A stretch of DNA of 32,000 bases from Candidatus Electronema aureum. GTDB lineage: Bacteria > Desulfobacterota > Desulfobulbia > Desulfobulbales > Desulfobulbaceae. Shown piece after piece: positions 25,076-32,000 of the stretch. The stretch covers positions 60,001-92,000 of the forward strand of contig NQJD01000008.1 in assembly GCA_004284765.1 (NCBI GenBank), written 5' to 3'. The notes beneath the pieces were generated by a model. The model had not been told where the DNA came from and searched no databases. It saw only the letters and a list, made by a program, of their open reading frames with translations. Both the position numbers and the translations under genes were made by a program. The stretch's first letter is position 1, and each line of letters begins with the position of its first letter.

Positions 25076-25603
25076 ATGAACCGAACAGTTGAACTTGATT
25101 TAAAATATTGTCCCAAATGCGGCGATGAATATCGGGCTGATATTACTGTTTGTGCCACTTGCGCGATGAGCCTCCTCACCGGTAAGGCCGTGTTGGAGTT
25201 ACGTCAGCAGGAAGAACAAAAGAAGGCTAACCGTCGTCGGCCTTTAAGCCCAGATGATGAGCTGATCAGTATTCGCAAGGGGCCGATCTTGCAGATGCAA
25301 ATGCTTCAGACAGCCTTAAAACAAGAAGGTATTCCTTCGTTAGCGACAAGTGAGGACAGCGGTTGTGGCCAAGGTTGTGGTGGCCCTAGCTTAGTGATCC
25401 AAGTCCGAGCGTCTGATCTTGAGGATGTACAGGCTGTTCTCGTCCAAGACTATGTTCGCACCACCGGCCTGCACGAACATGGTATTTCTATTGCAGGCAC
25501 GGTCTTCGACACCGCCGCTGAATCGGCTGTTTGCCCGGCCTGTGGCTGCTGTTTTTCCACCTCACAAACCGCCTGCCCTGAGTGCGGTCTCTGCTTCGCT
25601 TGA
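25076..25603 (+). CDS. Protein with zinc-ribbon motifs at both termini and a central DUF2007-like region
   Basis: The N-terminus has CPKCG...CATC. The C-terminus has CPACG...CPECG. The central segment ISIRKGPILQMQMLQTALKQEGIPS resembles the putative signal-transducing DUF2007 fold, but that resemblance is weak. Confidence 0.6.
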   Translation: MNRTVELDLKYCPKCGDEYRADITVCATCAMSLLTGKAVLELRQQEEQKKANRRRPLSPDDELISIRKGPILQMQMLQTALKQEGIPSLATSEDSGCGQGCGGPSLVIQVRASDLEDVQAVLVQDYVRTTGLHEHGISIAGTVFDTAAESAVCPACGCCFSTSQTACPECGLCFA

Positions 25604-25851
25604 CGTTCCCTCTCTCTCTTTTTCGCAGCTACCTCCCCTTTAGCTGTGAAAAAAAGAGAAAAGGGCGGCAGACGCGAAAAGTTATTTTTTTTTTCAGACC
25701 ACATAAGGTACAATCTCCTTATTTCAAATGTCGCCTCGGTACGGGGCATGGATTAAATTACTGATAGGCAAAATTTTTGCTGCGGATTCAGCTTTTCTGC
25801 TGCATCTACGCGATTTGTTTTGCCAGAACGATGAACATTCAAGGAGAATCT

Positions 25852-26613
25852 ATGAAGAAGTTAGCTGCATATGCGGTGTTGGGCCTGATGCTTGCTGGTG
25901 GATCAGCGGTAGCAGCGGTTGATAAGTTGGAGACCGAAGGACAGCGGTTCAGCTATGCACTGGGTATGGATTTCGGTTCCTACCTGAAAGGGCTGGGTGA
26001 AAACTTTGATCTCACCATCATTGAACAGGGCTTGAAGGACGCTTATACCCCTGGCTCTAAGCCCTTGATGACGGTTGAAGAAGCGGCCAAGGCCCAGCAA
26101 AATTTTGGCAAACGGCAGCAGGAAAAGTTTATGTCCATGCTGAAGGCGAATAAAGAGGCGGCTAAAAAATTTCTGGAAGAGAACAAAAGCAAGGAAGGAA
26201 TCAAAACCACCGCTTCTGGTCTCCAGTACAAGGTTGTCAAAGAAGGCAGCGGCCCCAAGCCAAGCAATTCCGATACAGTCAAAGTACATTACCGGGGCAC
26301 TTTGCTGGACGGCAAGGAGTTTGACAGCTCGCACAAGCGCGGCGAGCCAGTTCGCTTCCGGGTTGACCAAGTTATTCCCGGCTGGACTGAAGGTCTCCAG
26401 CTGATGAATGCAGGCAGCGTGTTCGAGCTGTACCTGTCGCCTGAGTTGGCCTATGGCGATAGGGGCGCGGCTCCGGTGATTCAGCCCGGCTCTTTGCTCA
26501 AATTTGAGGTAGAGCTGCTGGAGATCGTTAAGGAAGAGCCAAAAAAGGTGGAAGAAGAGAAGGCAGAGGAGAAGCCCGTAGAGGCGCAAGAGCCAAAGGT
26601 GGAAAAACAGTAA
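25852..26613 (+). CDS. fkpA: FKBP-type peptidyl-prolyl cis-trans isomerase, FkpA/Mip-like, with signal peptide
   Basis: RBS AAGGAGAA with ATG at 25852 (MKKLAAYAVLGLMLAGGSAVAA). An N-terminal helical FKBP_N-like region is followed by the FKBP core: GLQYKVVKEGSG...VKVHYRGTLLDGKEFDSS...VIPGWTEGLQLM..G...ELYLSPELAYG. Confidence 0.9.
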   Translation: MKKLAAYAVLGLMLAGGSAVAAVDKLETEGQRFSYALGMDFGSYLKGLGENFDLTIIEQGLKDAYTPGSKPLMTVEEAAKAQQNFGKRQQEKFMSMLKANKEAAKKFLEENKSKEGIKTTASGLQYKVVKEGSGPKPSNSDTVKVHYRGTLLDGKEFDSSHKRGEPVRFRVDQVIPGWTEGLQLMNAGSVFELYLSPELAYGDRGAAPVIQPGSLLKFEVELLEIVKEEPKKVEEEKAEEKPVEAQEPKVEKQ

Positions 26614-26640
26614 TCCTGTTCGCCTAATACTGCGCTATTA

Positions 26641-26673
26641 AAGCCTGATCCTCCAAAGGATCAGGCTTTTTTT
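26641..26673 (+). terminator. Rho-independent terminator of the FKBP gene
   Basis: AAGCCTGATCC-tccaaa-GGATCAGGCTT is followed by TTTTTTAT, 28 nt after the stop codon. Confidence 0.85.
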
Positions 26674-26968
26674 ATTTCTAATGATGACTATAAAATTTCA
26701 ATCTATTCTGTAAAATCGAAAAGATAGCTTTGCCTGTAATTACGGTGCTGGTAGGAATATAAAAATGGGGGAAAACTATTATTTATAAAATACAAAATAT
26801 TTCACTCGTTATAATAATTACATTTTAAAACGGAATGTTACATGAGAAATATATAACGTGAGTACTAATCAATAGTATATCTTTTAAGAAGATAGATGAT
26901 ATATAATACAATGAAATTTAATAGTTTTATATAAATTTTAGCTAAATAATAATCATTATCATTTATTC

Positions 26969-26997
26969 TTGACAAGACCAATTTTTTGGCCTATCCT
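26969..26997 (+). promoter_or_regulatory. Putative sigma70-type promoter with the extended -35 TTGACAAGAC
   Basis: TTGACA (26969..26974), a 17-nt spacer, then TATCCT (26992..26997), at the right edge of a roughly 300-bp extremely AT-rich tract. It would give a leader of about 180 nt before the ATG at 27183. Confidence 0.5.
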
Positions 26998-27182
26998 GAA
27001 AATAAGGGATGCTGCTTATTAACTGAGCGGGGTGCCGAACTTTCTGGTTGGTGCGGGTAGATTTATCCCGCGCCGGAAAGTTGAGAAAAGCCACAGCCGT
27101 CGCGAGGCGGTGTCGGAAAGCCACGGGTCTCCATTTTGGAGACAGCCGGGTTGCCTGCTTCACATATACCAGGGAGGGTATC

Positions 27183-27875
27183 ATGAAAACAACTCAAACA
27201 ACATTAGGAGGAAAATCAAGTTTACAGAAAAGAATGACTGCGCTGGCCGGAATTCTGTTGGCCGCCGCCCTCGGTGCCTGCCAAGCCAAGCCGGAGTCTG
27301 CTCTTTCTGTCCCTCATGCCGACACAGTCAGCAATGCTGATCAAAGCGGCTGGATTTCATTAAGCAATGTGGTGTCGGAAGCTGAAGCGGCCACAGCTGC
27401 TCCTGCCGCCGGTTACGGAGGCAAAGGAACAGTTGATCCGGCAGCAATGGTGGCAGCGCATAATCGTTGGCGGACAAAAGTCGGTGTATCATCCGGACTC
27501 AGGTGGTCGGACAAGCTGGCTGGCGTGGCTCAAGGCTGGGCGAATCAGCTGAAAAACGAAGGCTGCGCTATGTACCACAGCGGCAATGGCTACGGTGAGA
27601 ACATTTACAAAGCCAGCGCACTGATGTGGTCGGATGGTCGTCGCGATTTACAGAAGAAAACACCGCAGCAGGTCACGGACAGCTGGGGCAGCGAAATCAA
27701 ATTCTACGATTACGAGAGCAACAGCTGTAGCGGAGTCTGTGGTCATTACACCCAAGTAGTGTGGAAAAACACCCAAGAAGTCGGCTGCGCCATGTCGGTC
27801 TGTGGCGACAATTCGCAAATTTGGGTATGCAGTTACTATCCCGCAGGCAACGTAGTTGGTCGCAAACCGTACTGA
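27183..27875 (+). CDS. CAP/SCP/PR-1 superfamily lipoprotein, paralog 1
   Basis: RBS GGGAGGG. The lipobox is LAAALGAC. CAP motifs are AAHNRWRTKVGV, GYGENIY, HYTQVVWKNTQEVGCA and VCSYYPAGNVVG. Confidence 0.85.
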   Translation: MKTTQTTLGGKSSLQKRMTALAGILLAAALGACQAKPESALSVPHADTVSNADQSGWISLSNVVSEAEAATAAPAAGYGGKGTVDPAAMVAAHNRWRTKVGVSSGLRWSDKLAGVAQGWANQLKNEGCAMYHSGNGYGENIYKASALMWSDGRRDLQKKTPQQVTDSWGSEIKFYDYESNSCSGVCGHYTQVVWKNTQEVGCAMSVCGDNSQIWVCSYYPAGNVVGRKPY

Positions 27876-28045
27876 CCTGTTCAGCCCGGTAACTTATACA
27901 GCCGCTTCCGGTGTCCTTCCGGGAGCGGCTCTTTTTTATCCTTTTTCACGTAAATACATGCGACGGGCTTGCTCAATTGCTTTTCTGCTGGTATAAAAGA
28001 TTGTCCACTTTTTTATAACTACCACAACATGTCTGCTCTGCGCAC

Positions 28046-28672
28046 ATGATCACAAAGAAAACATTGAGCATTCTCCCTTCATCTTTTTTTCTCTCTATCT
28101 TCTGTCTTGCTGCCTGCGGCCAAACCCAGACCATCCGCGTGGATGTGTCTGCCGATCATCCTGACGGCGTTGTGCTGTTAGATGGGTATTATGAAGAAAC
28201 TGATACCTTTGCCGAAGGAGTAGGCACGGTTGATTCGACCGTGATGCTGGCCACCCACAACCGCTGGCGTTCTGAAGTCGGCGTTCCTGATCTCGTTTGG
28301 TCGGAATCTTTAGCCCAAGCTGCACAAAGTTGGGCTGATCATCTGAGCAACAACGGCTGCTGCGCTATGTCTCACAGCGACAGCGGCTATGGCGAAAATA
28401 TTTACAAAGTCAGTGCCGTGGTTTGGTCGAACGGTCGCCGGGAAATTCAGAGCAGAAGTCCGCAGCAGATCGTTGACGGCTGGGCCAGTGAAGCCAAGGA
28501 CTATGATTACGAAAACAACACCTGCAACGGCATTTGCGGTCATTACACTCAAATAGTCTGGCGTGACACCACAGAAATAGGTTGTGCAGTTGCCGTTTGC
28601 CCGGATAAATCGCAGATGTTGGTCTGCAATTACGCGCCGACTGGCAATGTTGAAGGGCAAAAACCGTATTGA
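28046..28672 (+). CDS. CAP/SCP/PR-1 superfamily lipoprotein, paralog 2
   Basis: The lipobox is SIFCLAAC. CAP motifs are ATHNRWRSEVGV, GYGENIY, HYTQIVWRDTTEIGCA and VCNYAPTGNVEG. It is collinear with 27183..27875. Confidence 0.85.
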   Translation: MITKKTLSILPSSFFLSIFCLAACGQTQTIRVDVSADHPDGVVLLDGYYEETDTFAEGVGTVDSTVMLATHNRWRSEVGVPDLVWSESLAQAAQSWADHLSNNGCCAMSHSDSGYGENIYKVSAVVWSNGRREIQSRSPQQIVDGWASEAKDYDYENNTCNGICGHYTQIVWRDTTEIGCAVAVCPDKSQMLVCNYAPTGNVEGQKPY

Positions 28673-28868
28673 ACCTTCTTCCTTTTCTCTTTTCTCCATC
28701 TTTCAGCAAGACAAGCCATTTTTGTTGAAGTGGCTTGTCCCATTCTCTCCTGTTTTCATATTTCCTTGGCGATGTCACCAAGGGAGCCGAGATTGTTATT
28801 TTTTTGCCGCATATCTCCCTGTCAATCCGAAAACCTGCTGATAATAAAAGTTTTTCTCGGTCTTTCCT

Positions 28869-28897
28869 TTGATAAACTTGCCGCTTCGTGCTACAAT
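28869..28897 (+). promoter_or_regulatory. Putative sigma70-type promoter of the AAA+/FGE-domain operon
   Basis: TTGATA (28869..28874), a 17-nt spacer, then TACAAT (28892..28897), about 90 nt upstream of the ATG at 28988, which has the RBS AAGGTGGA. Confidence 0.5.
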
Positions 28898-28987
28898 CTT
28901 TGTTCAGGCGGCTGCCACAAATCTGCGAGCCGCGCAAAACAAAACGTAATGTTTTCAATAAGAAAGCCGCCGAAAGGTGGATGAGAT

Positions 28988-30247
28988 ATGAACAGCAGTC
29001 ATCATATACCCAAAAAAATCCGCGTAGCTCATCGGATCAAACTCGAGCGCTGCCAATCATGGGAGGAAGGCTTCCATGTTTTTGATGAGGAATCTGCCTT
29101 GGCTGTTGAAATGGCCTTGGCCACAGGTAGGCCCTTGTTGGTGCGTGGCGAGCCGGGCAGTGGCAAAAGCCAGCTGGCCCGCGCTGCGGCCCAAGAACTG
29201 AACCGCCGTTTCATCAGCGAGGTAATCACCTCTACCACTGAAGGCCAAAACCTGCTCTGGCACTACGATCCGGTGGCCCGCTTTCATGAGGCACAGATGT
29301 TGGCAGCAGAAGCAGCAGCCACGGCTCTTCGGCAGGAGAATTGGGAAGAGGATAACCAGGCTGATTCTGAAGAGATACCATCTGTTCCGCCGCAGCCAGA
29401 GGCTTTGAGTCGGAAAAAATCTATCCGCTATAAAAAGAAAAAAATCCTTCCGCAAAAACGGCAGCATCTGTTTCAAGCAATCAGTGCTGGTGCAGGCCGA
29501 GGCTTTTTGCCGGATCGAGGTAGTGCAGACCTGCATCCGGGCAACAGCATAAGTCCCGGCCCTTTCTGGTGGGCGATTGACTGCGTTTCCGCTCGGCAGC
29601 AGATCGGGCGATGCCGTTGGCCCTTGTATCAGCCGGGCTTTGATCTTGGCTTTTCGCTCGAAGAAGCGGCAGCGCAAGCTCAACGGGGCTTTGTTTTTCT
29701 GATCGACGAGATCGACAAGGCTGATTCTTCTCTCCCTAATGCTCTGCTGGAAGTGTTGGGCAACGGTGGCTTCCACGTGCCGTTGCTCAATCAGACGGTG
29801 CGAGTGCCGCCCGGCTTTGCTTCACCGTTGGTGATTATCACCACGAACGAAGAGCGCGAGCTACCGCCCGCCTTTGTCCGCCGCTGTTTGGTGCTGCATC
29901 TCCGCTTTGATGATGAACATTATTTACGTACGTGGTGGAATCGGCAAGTAACGCAGCGGGCCGATCAGTTTCATCCTGACCGGGCCTTAGTCAAGTGGTT
30001 AGCCGAGCGCGGCGAACTGCATTTTGAACACGTTTTTTCCGTCAGAGTCCGAGAAAAAGCAGCCGAGCTGCTGGTGCGTGATCGGCGTGAGGCGCAACAG
30101 GCTGGGTTGATCAAACCGGGCCAAGCGGAATATTTAGATTTGCTTCGGGCGTTGCGGAATATGGCGGCGGCGAGCAGCGAGCAGCAACAGCTCGCCTTGC
30201 TGGAGCAAATCAGTCCCTACGTTTTCATCAAAGAAGCGCAGGAATGA
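28988..30247 (+). CDS. MoxR-like AAA+ ATPase (AAA_5/dynein-related type) with an unusually long Walker A to Walker B linker
   Basis: Walker A is GEPGSGKS (aa 54-61). Walker B is FVFLIDEIDKAD (about aa 235-246). Sensor/arginine-finger context is PLVIITTNEERELPPAFVRRCLVLHL. WHYDPVARF and PGPFWWAID resemble MoxR proteins of vWA-MoxR-type conflict systems as I remember them. The roughly 175-aa linker contains acidic and Lys-rich low-complexity segments. Confidence 0.8.
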   Translation: MNSSHHIPKKIRVAHRIKLERCQSWEEGFHVFDEESALAVEMALATGRPLLVRGEPGSGKSQLARAAAQELNRRFISEVITSTTEGQNLLWHYDPVARFHEAQMLAAEAAATALRQENWEEDNQADSEEIPSVPPQPEALSRKKSIRYKKKKILPQKRQHLFQAISAGAGRGFLPDRGSADLHPGNSISPGPFWWAIDCVSARQQIGRCRWPLYQPGFDLGFSLEEAAAQAQRGFVFLIDEIDKADSSLPNALLEVLGNGGFHVPLLNQTVRVPPGFASPLVIITTNEERELPPAFVRRCLVLHLRFDDEHYLRTWWNRQVTQRADQFHPDRALVKWLAERGELHFEHVFSVRVREKAAELLVRDRREAQQAGLIKPGQAEYLDLLRALRNMAAASSEQQQLALLEQISPYVFIKEAQE

Positions 30248-32000
30248 GCAGACCGCAGACCGTTAGCCGAGCTGATCTGCTTCGTCTGCTTGCTGCACAG
30301 CCGGACGTATCGCTACCCGCAGCCGCTCGACTGGCTGGGTATCAGCCAGCAAGAGAGCCGTCGGGTACGTTGCAAGCGCAAGAAAAAACAGCAGACCAAG
30401 AAGCAAGCTACGAAACCGAACCTGCGGCAAGAAAGGAACTTTTTCCTGCTGAACACTTCTGGCATTTACAGAGACGCGAGCAGCTTCAGTCTGCGCAGAA
30501 CCGTAGAAAAGGCAGTGAATTGCCTGCCAACCTGCGCCAGTTTCGTCCTTTGAGGGCAAAGGAATTGCAGTGTTCTGCTTCATCAACAAACCACCCTACC
30601 CTGCTGCCCCTGCCCGTTCGCAAAAAAACAACTGTATCTGAGTTAGTTACTGCTGCTGCGCAATTTCGGCCTTTACCACGCAATTTCGAGAATACGCCTA
30701 TCCAGCCTGTGCAAAAATCTGCTGCCGCTTTTGCGCTGGATATGCTGCGAGCCGGTCAGAATTCCGTTTGGTTAGAACAATTTTTGCTCCGCCTTGTCCG
30801 CACTTGGTTTGATCGTCGGAAAGATGCTACGTTGCTCGCTTACATTAAGCACGTGCTGGAGTTTCTGCCAGAAACAGTCTATCGGCAGCATGATATTGCC
30901 AGCTTGCTTTACGGTATCGCTCACCGAGATATGCTGCGGCAGGGCGCAGTCATTCCGCCGCAATTTCGGCCTGAAGCAGTGTTGCAGATCGCGCAAGAAC
31001 CGCTGCCGTCTTTGCCTTGGCTGCTGATTCAAGAAGGCGAAGAGATTTTTCTTATCAACAGCCCGGAAACAGGCATTTGTCTGCTGAAAGGCAGCCGCAT
31101 AGCCGCGTTAGAATTAAGTGCGGACATTCTCCTGCTGCATCGTGACGGACAGACAGAAACTGTGCCGGTGCAAACGTGGCAAGCTCTCTGCGCTTTGAAT
31201 GATGCAGAAAACTTTTACCTTCAGACCTTGACCGAAAAGCTGCACATTCACACTTGCGCCCGACCGACGTGGGCAACGATGATCGGGAGAAATAGCCGCG
31301 AACTCTTTGCCGAAATTCTCTGGTTGGGCCGCAGCTATCGTCTGTACTGGCAGACACCGAGTGCCGATGCTGACGACATCGGGCAGTGGAAAAACTGCCA
31401 CGGCCCGGTCGATACCGACCGCTTTGGCCTTGCCGCCTATATTGGCTTTTACGGCAAAGTGATGCAGCGGTTCCGCTGGTTAGAGCCAAGCCGCTTTCTC
31501 ATGGGTTCACCAGAAGATGAGCCAGAGCGGGAGGCTTGGGGGAAGGAGACGCTGCACGAGGTGCGATTGAGTAAGGGCTTCTGGTTCGCTGACACCGTTG
31601 TCACCCAAGAGCTGTGGCAATTCGTGATGCGTAGCGATAATCCGGCGAAATTTCAAGGTCACGAGCTACCGGTTGAGAATGTAAGCTGGTTGGAGGTGCA
31701 GCATTTTCTTCAGCGGCTTAATGCGATGGTGCCGGGCCTCAACGCCCGTCTGCCCACCGAAGCAGAATGGGAGTATGCCTGTCGGACAGGTACAACCACG
31801 CCCTTTTCTTTTGGCAGTCAAATCACGCCAGAGCAGGTCAATTATCACGGCGCATTTCCTTATTGTTCCGGACAGAAGGGGATAAATCGCAGGCAGACAG
31901 TGCCGGTGAAAAGTCTGCCTGCCAATGCTTGGGGCTTGTATGAAATGCACGGCAATCTCTGGGAATGGTGCCAAGATTGGTGGTTAGACGATTTAGGCCA
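30244..32000 (+). CDS. Large protein (over 585 aa, 3' end outside the window) ending in an FGE-sulfatase (SUMF1/EgtB/PvdO-type, C-type-lectin fold) domain
   Basis: I translated this by hand because it is absent from the ORF track; there is no in-window stop. ATG 30244 overlaps the upstream stop (ATGA). The frame is open to 32000. The C-terminal part reads FLMGSPEDEPEREAWGKETLHEVRLSKGFWFADTVVTQELWQFVM...PVENVSWLEVQHFLQRLN...RLPTEAEWEYACRTGTTTPFSFG...NAWGLYEMHGNLWEWCQDWW, a clear FGE-sulfatase signature. I do not recognise the N-terminal 430 aa or so; it has no vWA MIDAS motif. Confidence 0.82.
   Translation, partial: MSRPQTVSRADLLRLLAAQPDVSLPAAARLAGYQPAREPSGTLQAQEKTADQEASYETEPAARKELFPAEHFWHLQRREQLQSAQNRRKGSELPANLRQFRPLRAKELQCSASSTNHPTLLPLPVRKKTTVSELVTAAAQFRPLPRNFENTPIQPVQKSAAAFALDMLRAGQNSVWLEQFLLRLVRTWFDRRKDATLLAYIKHVLEFLPETVYRQHDIASLLYGIAHRDMLRQGAVIPPQFRPEAVLQIAQEPLPSLPWLLIQEGEEIFLINSPETGICLLKGSRIAALELSADILLLHRDGQTETVPVQTWQALCALNDAENFYLQTLTEKLHIHTCARPTWATMIGRNSRELFAEILWLGRSYRLYWQTPSADADDIGQWKNCHGPVDTDRFGLAAYIGFYGKVMQRFRWLEPSRFLMGSPEDEPEREAWGKETLHEVRLSKGFWFADTVVTQELWQFVMRSDNPAKFQGHELPVENVSWLEVQHFLQRLNAMVPGLNARLPTEAEWEYACRTGTTTPFSFGSQITPEQVNYHGAFPYCSGQKGINRRQTVPVKSLPANAWGLYEMHGNLWEWCQDWWLDDLG

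Noticed and set aside
25616-25658. Long hairpin (CTCTTTTTCGCAGCTA ... TAGCTGTGAAAAAAGAG) after the zinc-ribbon gene, as a possible terminator.
   Set aside because: The stem is made largely of A/T runs, and the T10 tract lies about 25 nt away rather than directly after the stem. It could still be a weak terminator, but I do not call it.
27000-27182. The leader contains GGTGCC, CCCGC, GCCAC and GGAGAC...TGCC elements reminiscent of a cobalamin riboswitch.
   Set aside because: The core GGGAA / GGTGAAAATCC elements and a proper B12 box are missing, and the downstream gene is not a typical B12-regulated function. I report it only as an unclassified structured leader.

Overview
The window is about 55% GC by eye and looks like a bacterial chromosome. 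The gene content hints at a Desulfobacterota-like anaerobe, but that taxonomic call is weak.

Clear housekeeping genes are asnS, folE2, a PBP4/S13 DD-peptidase, a large radical-SAM fusion protein, the blc lipocalin and an FKBP isomerase. They are interleaved with accessory or conflict-type modules:

1. 254-5259: a roughly 5 kb module bracketed by two copies of a 23-bp-phased palindromic array. It encodes a membrane/TPR-like protein, an exported caspase-like C14 peptidase, a lipoprotein with 12.5 perfect GIGEKGGVT nonapeptide repeats, a second lipoprotein, and an HU-like/DUF4469-like DNA-binding protein.
2. 7963-9282: a beta-helix repeat gene split by a 277-bp MITE-like element with 21-bp perfect terminal inverted repeats (TIRs) and an 8-bp target duplication. 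A solo copy of the same TIR truncates the right-hand palindromic array.
3. A RelE/antitoxin pair lies next to a very AT-rich orphan gene for a Cys-rich secreted protein.
4. The 5' end of the radical-SAM gene is duplicated twice to its right. The copies delimit segments carrying blc, an 8-repeat secreted protein (whose 5' region carries a perfect 115-bp tandem duplication) and a second HU-like/DUF4469-like paralog with its own, different, palindromic array.
5. 20419-24660: a PRTase / PRTase-like / HAD / HAD operon plus an orphan OmpR-type response regulator. It resembles the Ter-associated nucleoside-like-metabolite module.
6. Two CAP/PR-1 lipoprotein paralogs sit behind an AT-rich island and a long leader.
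7. 28869 to the window end: an operon of a MoxR-like AAA+ ATPase translationally coupled to a large protein ending in an FGE-sulfatase (C-type-lectin-fold) domain. This is my best candidate for an undescribed NTPase-dependent conflict or sensing system.

A 10-mer, TTGACAAGAC, recurs at four predicted promoters of accessory genes. I found no rRNA, tRNA or CRISPR. All homology statements come from motif recognition by eye, not from searches.
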